DNA from: Orbicella franksi
Taxonomy: Eukaryota
Direction of reading: 5' to 3'
NCBI GenBank assembly: GCA_964199315.1
Contig: OZ116711.1
Coordinates: 23,002,001-23,066,000, forward strand
DNA: 64,000 bases
Below are positions 18,866 through 28,058 of this stretch, piece by piece. The translations under genes and the position numbers were made by a program. The notes beneath the pieces are model-generated. The model saw only the letters and a list, made by a program, of their open reading frames with translations. It did not search any database and was not told the DNA's origin. Each line of letters opens with the position of its first letter. Within the stretch, counting starts at the first letter, position 1.

Positions 18866-20048
18866 TTAAGGGGTCGTCAGTACATCTCAATTTTGTACCT
18901 ATTAAGTCCCCCACTAAACTACGAAATTGTTCTTCTATATCAACAGGGTTTAATTTCAAGGTAAAACAGGGACCTATAGTAGAAACACGCGTCTTGAATA
19001 AACTTGTGATAGTTTTTTTATGTTAACCTGTAGACAAACAAAGCCATCCTCTCGTAAAAGAGACTGTAGTCGCTTTTGTATTCTTTCCCCTGAGCGAAAG
19101 GGAACTGGTAAGTTTAGTATGTTATTTATAGTTAAATATGTTATTGGTGGTTTGTCAATCAAAACGACCTTAACAGTAGCAAAAGATTTGTTCAGGTCGC
19201 TGATTATGTTTTCCTGCAAACAACATCTGAAGACAAAAATATGACAGTCCTGTTTCACCTTACGCTAACAATTCTTCCTTTTCAAGGCAGTGGGAGTTCG
19301 ATAACAGATTGTTGACCGTTTAATTATGCGCATGTCAGAGTAGACATAGTCAGTGTTGGAAACGTCTTCATCAATTTTTGGTCTTTTTCCACGTACAGTA
19401 TTAAATTTATAGTGTTATTGTGTACTAAGAAGACTCCAGTCAAAATAACAAACCCGTGTTTTTATCGGAGCAATGTGGAACGTAGAATAATTTCGATTTT
19501 AGGATGAATTTCAGTTTCCAGAACTTAACATTTAAGATATCATCACGCTTTTAAACCAAAACGTAATGTAGAATATGTCGTAAAAATTCCTGCGACGAAT
19601 TAACTCGAGCTCAAGACTTCCTTTCTAACTTACAAAGAGGAAAATATTTCTTAAGTTTATGAGAGCTTTTTTTTCAGAGCAGATTTTGAAAAGCGAAGGG
19701 CTGAATAATAATTTTTTTATGAAAACTATTGCGTCTTCAAAAATGTCCACTTCTAACTCAGCAGATGCATTAAGCCACGACTGCAAACGCTGAGATAGTC
19801 TCGGCATGTAAATAAATCAATTACGCCCCTCGTTACATTCTTTGAGTAGCGCTATACTTTCCCAGGAGGCCATAGTATGGTGGAATCTTTGTTTACAATC
19901 AATTTGCTTCATTAGCAACAGGGATTCAGTTTCTGATCGTGATCAAGCTACAAAAATATCAATCCCGCCAATAACAAAAGGGCAAACAAAATTGGGTCCA
20001 AATTTGTTTCCACTTTTATTCTGTTATATCCTCACAGAAGTGTTTGAC

Positions 20049-23000
20049 ATGAACAACGTAGACGACGTTATACAAGTCATCTCAATCGGCCTCATGGTCG
20101 CCGTCTTCCTTCTCAACACTAGTCGATTTCTAAAAGCCATCGAGTTATGCAAGGAATGTTTGTTCATTCTGAAAGACAGAGCAGGCATAAAAGACGAGAA
20201 ATTAAGCAAGTCATTCTACAAGAGGATATACTTACTAATGTGGAAGGCTTGTAATCGCATATGCGATAATACAAGGGCCATAAAATATGCAGAGAAACTT
20301 CTCCTAATTTACCGTGAAAGTGATGAAAGACTTAAGGAAATGAACCTAAGCACAACAGTTGGGTGGATGTATCTCTGTCAAAGTAACTACAAAAAGGCAA
20401 AACAACTCAATAAAAAAGCGCTCCTAGTCAGTAAAGAAATTGGAAACAGAGAAAGAGAAGCTGTCTGTTACACAAACCTTGGAGTCGTGTATCAATCAGT
20501 TGGAGAATATGAGAAGGCTAGAGAACATCTCGAGAAGTCACTTGCGATCCGGAAAGAAATTGGAGACAGAAATGGAGAAGCTGCCTGTTACACAGACCTT
20601 GGAGTCGTGTATCAATCAGTTGGAGAATATGAGAAGGCTAGAGAACATCACGAGAAATCACTTGCGACCCTTCAGCAAATTGGAGACAGAAATGGAGAAG
20701 CTGCCTGTTACACAAACCTTGGAGTCGTGTATAAATCAGTTGGAGAATATGAGAAGGCTAGAGAACATCTCGAGAAGTCACTTGCGATCTGGAAAGAAAT
20801 TGGAGACAGAAATGGAGAGGCTACCTGTTACACAAACCTTGGAGTCGTGTATCAATCAGTTGGAGAATACGAGAAGGCTAGAGAACATCACGAGAAATCA
20901 CTTGCGATCCGGAAAGAAATTGGAGACAGAAATGGAGAGGCTACCTGTTACACAGACCTTGGAGTCATGTATCAATCAGTTGGAGAATATGAGAAGGGTA
21001 GAGAACATCACGAGAAATCACTTGCGACCCTTCAGCAAATTGGAGACAGAAATGGAGAAGCTGCCTGTTACACAAACCTTGGAGTCGTGTATGAATCAGT
21101 TGGAGAATACGAGAAGGCTAGAGAACATCTCGAGAAATCACTTGCCACCCTTCAGCAAATTGGAGACAGAAATGGAGAAGCTGTCTGTTACACAAACCTT
21201 GGAGTCGTGTATAAATCAGTTGGAGAATACGAGAAGGCTAGAGAACATCTCGAGAGGTCACTTGCGATCCGGAAAGAAATTGGAGACAGAAATGGAGAAG
21301 CTGTCTGTTACACAAACCTTGGAGTCGTGTATCAATCAGTTGGAGAATATGAGAAGGCTAGAGAACATCTCGAGAAATCACTTGCAATCCAGAAAGAAAT
21401 TGGAGACAGAAATGGAGAAGCTACCTGTTACTCAAACCTTGGACTCGTGTATCAATCAGTTGGAGAATATGAGAAGGCTAGAGAACATCACGAGAAATCA
21501 CTTGCGACCCTTCAGCAAACTGGATGCAGAAATGGAGAAGCTGCCTGTTACACAAACCTTGGAGTCGTGTATCAATCAGTTGGAGAATATGAGAAGGCTA
21601 GAGAACATCTCGAGAAATCACTTGGGATCCAGAAAGAAATTGGAGACAGAAATGGAGAAGCTACCTGTTACACAAACCTTGGAGTCGTGTATCAATCAGT
21701 TGGAGAATACGAGAAGGCTAGAGAACATCACGAGAAATCACTTGCGATCGGGAAAGAAATTGGAGACAGAAATGGAGAAGCTACCTGTTACGAAAACCTT
21801 GGAACCGTGTATCAATCAGTTGGAGAATATGAGAAGGCTAGAGAACATCTCGAGAAATCACTTGCGATCAAGAAAGAAATTGGAGACAGAAATGGAGAAG
21901 CGACCTGTTACGTAAACCTTGGAACTGTGTATCAATCAGTTGGAGAATACGAGAAGGCCAGAGAACATCTCGAGAAATCACTTGCGATCCTTAAACAAAT
22001 TGGAGGCAGAAATGGAGAAGCGACCTGTTACGGAAACCTTGGAACCGTGTATCTAGCAGTTGGAGAATACGAGAAGGCTAGAGAACATCTCGAGAAATCA
22101 CTTGCTATGAGGAAAGAAATTGGAGACAGAAATGGAGAAGCTACCTGTTACAAAAACCTTGGAACCGTGTATCTAGTAGTTGGAGAATACGAGAAGGCTA
22201 GAGAACATCTCGAGAAATCACTTGCGATCAGGAAAGAAATTGGAGACAGAAATGGAGAAGCTGCCTGTTACACAAACCTTGGAGCCGTGTATCAATCAGT
22301 TGGAGAATACGAGAAGGTTAGAGAACATATCGAGAAATCACTTGCAAACCTTAAACAAATTGGAGACAGAAATGGAGAAGCGACCTGTTACGGAAGCCTT
22401 GGAACCTTGTATCAATCAGTTGGAGAATATGAGAAGGCTAGAGAACATCTCGAGAAGTCCCTTTTGATCAGTAAAGAAATTGGAGACAGAAGTGGAGAAG
22501 CTAACTCATACGCATGCCTTGGAACTCTGTATGAGAAAGTTGGCGAATATGAGACGGGCTCACACTACAATGAAAAATCCTTGTCCATCAGCAGAGAAAT
22601 TGGAGACAGATATAAAGAAGCTTTGTCTTACCTAAATGCAGGTGTTCAACTTTACTCTCTTGGAAAGTTTAGCAAGGCTAATGAATATAATAAGAAAAGT
22701 CTGGTCATCTTCACAGACATTGGGCTGAAAGAAGGGGTGGCCAGCTTTTACCTGAGCCAAGGAAATGTAGAGCTAGCTGTGGGTAACTCTATCAAGGCAA
22801 AAGAATATTATGAACAAGGTCTTGCAATAAGCAAAGAAATTGGAGACAGGAAAAAAGAAGCAACTGGATACTTGTCGCTTGGACGTTTCTTTTATAAGCA
22901 GTCTGAATATGATAGAGGGGAAGAATATATCAAGGAGGCGCTTGCATTAAGTGAGAAGATTGGACATATCGATTTGCAGTTCCAATCGCTCGAAATGATG

Positions 23001-24500
23001 GCACACATTAGAATGAAAGAAGGAAAGATTGAGGAAGCTATCTCGTATTTCCTTTCTGGTATTGAAAAATGCGAGGAAATGCGCGGCTCTCTCCAAGACA
23101 ACGATAAATTAAAGATTTCTTTCTCTGACCGCAATATTCATTCCTACAGAGATCTCACTATGCTGCTTTGTGCAACCGGGAATCATATTAAATCTCTGTA
23201 CGTTTCAGAGCTTTCAAGGGCCAGGGCTTTGGTAGATTTAATGTCAGCTCAGTACTCGCAGCACTCTTTGAAGAATCAAATCTCGACTGATCCTCGCACA
23301 TGGGCTGGTCTCGAAAGCATCGTGGCCAAAGAATGTAACCGCAGCTGTCTCTACCTCTCGTATCATTCTGAAAGTATATATTTGTGGATTCTTAAAGCAG
23401 GTGGAGCTACACATTTTCAGGAGATAAAAGGAAATGATCTAATTGCTAGCGAAGGATTAAGTCAACGAGTGGAAGAGTTTTTTGATTTCAGAAGTTTTGG
23501 CGTTTTACCAGACGAGATTTGTGAAGACGGATCTTTACACGTTTTTCAACCAGAATCCAAATCAAGCGAGGGAGATAGCCGTGAAGTTTGGCGAATTGGA
23601 GTGGAAACTAAAGCTAACCAAGGACCCAAAATGAACCTTCCTATCTGTTACAAACTTATCATCGCTCCAGTGGTGGACTTTCTTGAGGGTCCCGAAATCA
23701 TTATTGTTCCTGACCGTGCTTTATACCGAATTCCATTTGCTGCCTTAACTGAAAGAGGAAAGTACTTATCCGAGACTTTCAGGATCCGTATTGTTCCTTC
23801 TTTAACAACTCTCAAGCTCATTACTGAAAGTCCAGCAGACTATCACTATCAGACCGGTGCGTTGATAGTGGGAAATCCTGATGTTGGTGAAGTGCATTTC
23901 AAAGGAAAACTCACGAAAATTTCGCGACTGCCATATGCAGAAACCGAAACTAGGATGATAGCAAAAAAGCTGGGTGTCGAGCCTCTGTTAGGACAGCAAG
24001 CGACTAAAGAGGCAGTACTTCAAGCGATGAGTTCAGTGGCTCTGATTCATATCGCCGCACACGGTGATGCAGAAAGAGGAGAAATTGCCCTTGCGCCATC
24101 TTTTCGTATTCCTAACGGGATACCTCAAGAGGAACTGTACTTATTGACAATGACGGACATTTCAAACGTTCAACTGCGGGCTAAACTGGTAGTCCTTAGC
24201 TGTTGCCACAGTGCTCGAGGACAGACAAAAGCCGAGGGAGCAGTCGGAATTTCCCGAGCATTATTAGGATCTGGCGCACGTTCAGTGTTGGTGGCACTGT
24301 GGGCCCTGGATGACAAAGCAACAGAGCAGTTAATGACCCATTTCTACGATCACCTTGTTGCTGGGGAAAGTGCTGGTGAATCTCTACACGAGGCCATGAA
24401 GTGGATGAGAAGTAATGGCTATGACGTGAACCAGTGGTCACCTTTTATACTGATTGGAGATGACGTGACATTTGATTTTGGAACGAATGGTAAGATTTAA
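20049..24500 (+). CDS. TPR-repeat + CHAT (caspase-HetF-associated with TPR) domain protein, TTC28-like architecture, single coding exon, 1483 aa
   Basis: The ORF 19842-24500 is open, but an acceptor (tatcctcacag, 20027-20037) precedes ATG 20049 (MNNVDDVIQVISIG), the likely start. About 23 TPR-like 40-aa units are followed by LSELSRARALVDLM and a CHAT domain: IIIVPDRALYRIPFAAL, LIHIAAHG (His codon 24060-24062), LVVLSCC (Cys codons 24201-24206), GLSRAL-like GISRALLGSGARSVLVALW, WSPFILIG. Confidence 0.95.
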   Translation: MNNVDDVIQVISIGLMVAVFLLNTSRFLKAIELCKECLFILKDRAGIKDEKLSKSFYKRIYLLMWKACNRICDNTRAIKYAEKLLLIYRESDERLKEMNLSTTVGWMYLCQSNYKKAKQLNKKALLVSKEIGNREREAVCYTNLGVVYQSVGEYEKAREHLEKSLAIRKEIGDRNGEAACYTDLGVVYQSVGEYEKAREHHEKSLATLQQIGDRNGEAACYTNLGVVYKSVGEYEKAREHLEKSLAIWKEIGDRNGEATCYTNLGVVYQSVGEYEKAREHHEKSLAIRKEIGDRNGEATCYTDLGVMYQSVGEYEKGREHHEKSLATLQQIGDRNGEAACYTNLGVVYESVGEYEKAREHLEKSLATLQQIGDRNGEAVCYTNLGVVYKSVGEYEKAREHLERSLAIRKEIGDRNGEAVCYTNLGVVYQSVGEYEKAREHLEKSLAIQKEIGDRNGEATCYSNLGLVYQSVGEYEKAREHHEKSLATLQQTGCRNGEAACYTNLGVVYQSVGEYEKAREHLEKSLGIQKEIGDRNGEATCYTNLGVVYQSVGEYEKAREHHEKSLAIGKEIGDRNGEATCYENLGTVYQSVGEYEKAREHLEKSLAIKKEIGDRNGEATCYVNLGTVYQSVGEYEKAREHLEKSLAILKQIGGRNGEATCYGNLGTVYLAVGEYEKAREHLEKSLAMRKEIGDRNGEATCYKNLGTVYLVVGEYEKAREHLEKSLAIRKEIGDRNGEAACYTNLGAVYQSVGEYEKVREHIEKSLANLKQIGDRNGEATCYGSLGTLYQSVGEYEKAREHLEKSLLISKEIGDRSGEANSYACLGTLYEKVGEYETGSHYNEKSLSISREIGDRYKEALSYLNAGVQLYSLGKFSKANEYNKKSLVIFTDIGLKEGVASFYLSQGNVELAVGNSIKAKEYYEQGLAISKEIGDRKKEATGYLSLGRFFYKQSEYDRGEEYIKEALALSEKIGHIDLQFQSLEMMAHIRMKEGKIEEAISYFLSGIEKCEEMRGSLQDNDKLKISFSDRNIHSYRDLTMLLCATGNHIKSLYVSELSRARALVDLMSAQYSQHSLKNQISTDPRTWAGLESIVAKECNRSCLYLSYHSESIYLWILKAGGATHFQEIKGNDLIASEGLSQRVEEFFDFRSFGVLPDEICEDGSLHVFQPESKSSEGDSREVWRIGVETKANQGPKMNLPICYKLIIAPVVDFLEGPEIIIVPDRALYRIPFAALTERGKYLSETFRIRIVPSLTTLKLITESPADYHYQTGALIVGNPDVGEVHFKGKLTKISRLPYAETETRMIAKKLGVEPLLGQQATKEAVLQAMSSVALIHIAAHGDAERGEIALAPSFRIPNGIPQEELYLLTMTDISNVQLRAKLVVLSCCHSARGQTKAEGAVGISRALLGSGARSVLVALWALDDKATEQLMTHFYDHLVAGESAGESLHEAMKWMRSNGYDVNQWSPFILIGDDVTFDFGTNGKI
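20452..22491 (+). repeat. Coding tandem array of 17 near-identical 120-bp (40-aa TPR) units
   Basis: Units recur exactly every 120 nt (ctNcctgtta/ctgtctgtta at 20461, 20581 ... 22381). Consensus NGEA(T/A/V)CYTNLGVVYQSVGEYEKAREH(L/H)EKSLA(IxKE/TLQQ)IGDR. Confidence 0.98.
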
Positions 24501-26918
24501 TGAAAACACGCGCTTCCATATCTTTTCAAAGGGCTCCTGGTATTTACTCACAGTTTCCTTAGATGTCATCGATCAAACGTTTTGTAATATCAAAAGAGGG
24601 TTAGGTTTTTGTATATCTGACTATTTCTTTATCGTTCAGTTGTCATTTGATCTTGTGCCTCTAATATATTTTACAACTGATAACGTACTCTGTCGATCAT
24701 GAGGGTGACGAAACTTTAACGTAGTTTTTGAACGAATTAAAAAACGCGCTCGTATTTCGAGGGTCAGTGACCACATGAAAACTGCGGAGATCTGAAAAAT
24801 TGCGAATTTTTGGCATCTTGACTTTCTCGCATTTTGACATCTCACTTTTTCTGCGCTGGATTTGGTGATGAAATTATGTTCTGTATATTCTCCAATGAAT
24901 TTTCAATGTTGTTGTGAAAGACAAATGGATCACGTTGGCTGTTTTGCATGGTCCACCTTCCTTCCAACGCGTCCAAAACTCTATTCTGAAACTGTGCACG
25001 GTTCCAGCAGAAGTTTACCTTTTAACAAGCCACAGCCATGAATCCGACTTATTTGTTAAAATGAATCTATAGTTTGTAATAAGGCAACTGCTTTTTAAGA
25101 AAATGTATTTAGATGGTTACTATATTTTTTTGGTTTGTCTGTCAGGTGTTGGAAAGAATGATCAGGACGGCAGCGAGTGATTGTGTGAGAGGTAAAATAT
25201 GCCATGACCTCAATTGACAGTTTTAGTGGTAGTGCTATAAATTAAATGGACGTTTAACTTTTGGTCCTTTTCTGTCTAAAAGATTCCTCATTTCTCTTGA
25301 GGTTACTAGGTATTCTAGCAAAAACATTTTTGAAACTTAATCGGAGTCTGCAGTGCCAGCTGAGCGTTGAGCTGTAATAACTGCTTGAACCAGTAAAACC
25401 TTAGAAAAACTTCGGTTCATAAAGTAACTTTTGGTATCGGTCTTTAGACTATGACAGAAATTGCTCTGGTCTTTGCTCCGAGGAGAAATAAGGAGTAGGC
25501 TTCACTTATTAACCTAATGTTTTGTTAGCAAGACTTATTAAAGTTTTTAAAATTATTGTACTTGGAAAGTTTTTACACTTAGCAGCAATTGTAAAACTAA
25601 CTTAATTGAAGAAGTAGGATTTTAAAACAATGTGAGTAACAACATGCAATTGGTACATTTCTGAACAAGTTTCATGCATACAATCTAGGTATTGTTAGTA
25701 TTTGCATATACCAGACCTTCTTTTTACAAAGTTAAAGAGCTCTGTTATTTGAGATTTTATCAAGCATTAAGGGAACTCCTATATAAAAAGGACCGGTGTG
25801 CTCTTCTACCTTGTAGCGGTTATATAAACGAGCGGTTTCGGGCCTCTTAGGGTGTTCAGCTACCCACATGAGTTCCGCAGCTGGAGTTTCTGCAGTAGCT
25901 TTTACGGTACGTATTTGATAATCAACTTTACGAGTAGAAAGTACTTGAAGCAATCGTCTTTAACCCCATTAAAAATTACGAAAGTGTCAGTTAATATGTT
26001 GTTTTTGGAATTGGTTCCTCTTCAGGGTAAAAAAAATTTTACGGCACACCCACAAAATAGGATCTTGGTACCATTTAGTGGTTCTTCTTTAAGAGCATAA
26101 ACAGCATATTTGAATTTTTCTTGAACGCTGTGCATGTTTACAGTTAGCTTTGTATATAGTGCGACTGAAAACGCTGACTTGTTGGTTAAATTTACATAAA
26201 GTAATAAGAGTTATAAGTAGAGTTACATAAGAAATTGTTCGCATAACATTTATCACATTTATCTTGAACATTTTGTCAAATAACAAGAACTTTAATTTCC
26301 TATAAGTATTCACTGCCTAGGAAAAGTTGACAGGCCTATTATTTCATTTGTTATATTTTAAAGTCTAGAAGAATCAATTAAACTGTAAGCAGTGTAAATC
26401 TCAGCTCGAGTCCATTTCTGTAGACTGCTTCTCAACTATATTGGACTCTAAAAAACTGTGGAATCGTCGGTACGTGATTGACAAGGAGTGGACTAGGAGG
26501 GGTAGGGTGAAGAGAATAAAAGCTGCATATTCCTTTGTTCTCTACCTGCATACGGTGAAGAAACACTACGCTTTAATTTCCCCGCTTTCGTTGAATGGCG
26601 GAAACGGCGAGAAAAATGCATTAAATTGTCCCTACTATAGCGACACAGTAAAGACAAAAAAAGAAGAAACATGCCAGCTTTATATAACGACAACGTCAAA
26701 GTACCAACTTCAGCGCATTATGTAGAAAGTGAATGATGTCCTTTCTCCAAGATAAAATGAAAATGTTACATGACCAAAAATCTTGCTTTTCCCATGTAAT
26801 TTGTCCGGAAAATGAAAGATTTATGGAACATTACGGCGTGACAACATATCGAGCCTTTCATGTCGTCATGGGTGAATTTTCACAGGGTACGATAATTGTC
26901 TTTGTTGGCTTGCCTGTC

Positions 26919-27165
26919 AATGAAAACTGAAACACATAGAAAACGAAATATTGAATGTGAAAATGCTGACATGACAAGAGTCTAATTTACCTCAATGTAC
27001 AGCCACGTGTGCTCAGTAGAGTAAGTTGCGTAACTTATACCCTCTGGTACCATGTTATCGTAGTTTCGTGTTAGTTAAGCTTGATTTCGAGCGACGCGTT
27101 TATTTCATACTGTACTGTAAATTGTCTTACCAACAACCCACCTATTCTGAGTTCAACTGCTGTTG
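26919..27165 (+). repeat. Diverged direct repeat, copy 2 (homologous to 13281-13830)
   Basis: See copy 1. Same orientation, on the other side of the TPR-CHAT gene. Confidence 0.8.
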
Positions 27166-27410
27166 TGAGGGAGACTGAGGAACTCAGGCCTGGTCAATAA
27201 CCAATACAACCCTTTGTTATTTTTCTTGACCGAAGAATGGATGAAACATTCCACCGATGGTTTTGTACAGAAATCATACTTATTACTTTGGCCAAAATCT
27301 TTAGCGAACTTCAAAGTTGTATAAGATATAAAAACTGCTACCGAGTGAAATTCCTACACCTTTAGTTTCGTCAGCTCTTAGCCTGAAAATCTCGAATGAC
27401 TCAACGTCTC

Positions 27411-27562
27411 CAGTGGTGGATCCAGACCTTGAGCTAAGGGGGGGGGGGGGGGGGGTGTTTCTCTTGCCCTGCTGGCTTTTCTTCCTTCTGTGATTTTTTC
27501 TTTTTTTACCCAAAATAAGGGGGAACCGGGCCCCCCAGGCCCCTCCCCTAGATCCGCCACTG
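27411..27562. mobile_element. 152-bp GC-rich MITE
   Basis: TIR CAGTGGTGGATC / GATCCGCCACTG, flanked by a GTCTC direct repeat (27406-27410, 27563-27567). Confidence 0.85.
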
Positions 27563-28058
27563 GTCTCGTTGTTTTCAATGTGAATTCTTAATACACAAGC
27601 TGATGCGAAAAACAAACTTCGGATAGTTTGTCGGTCCCTGTATCCCGTGGTGCGTGAGCTGCACTCTTTTTTGATAAGAAGATATTTTGCAAGAATATCG
27701 AGGCTGAAATTGTGAACTTTCAAGAATATTTTAATGCACCTTCTGTTTAATACCTGCGTGGACTGGCGCGAGTAAGTACTACACCGGAAGTAAAGTTGGC
27801 GAGCGAAACGGCCGGAAGCAAAGTGTTAGTGCACATAAAAACACATAAAGCTTTGTTGACGAGCAAGGCGCTTTCTGATTACATCTGCCTGTATATGCTA
27901 TCGATATTCTTGCTTATATTCCTCTACATGAAGATCGTTGAGCGATGTTAGAGGCGGTTTGTGTTTATTTTGAAAAAAATCCGCAGAGATTTTTGATTTA
28001 GCGGAACGTGAAAGTGTAGCAGCAGTTTCTGTTGTCGTGGGCCATTGATCAGCAAAAC

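Noticed and set aside
19842-20048. N-terminal 69 aa of the 1552-aa ORF
   Set aside because: It starts at a non-ATG codon and ends at a polypyrimidine tract plus CAG acceptor (20037). Most likely intron sequence that is open by chance.
20440-22467. 491-aa and 95-aa ORFs in the +1 frame over the TPR array, as a possible overlapping gene
   Set aside because: The 120-bp unit happens to lack stops in that frame, so tandem amplification gives a long ORF automatically. The ORF is confined to the array and has no independent features.
20452-22491. Regularly spaced repeats as a CRISPR array
   Set aside because: Units are contiguous, in-frame coding repeats with no unique spacers. No cas genes are present and the context is eukaryotic.
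20049-24500. Bacterial contamination or a chimeric contig as the source of the TPR-CHAT gene
   Set aside because: It has a spliceosomal acceptor just upstream, host-type repeats on both sides, and no operon or bacterial genes nearby. Ancient horizontal origin remains open.
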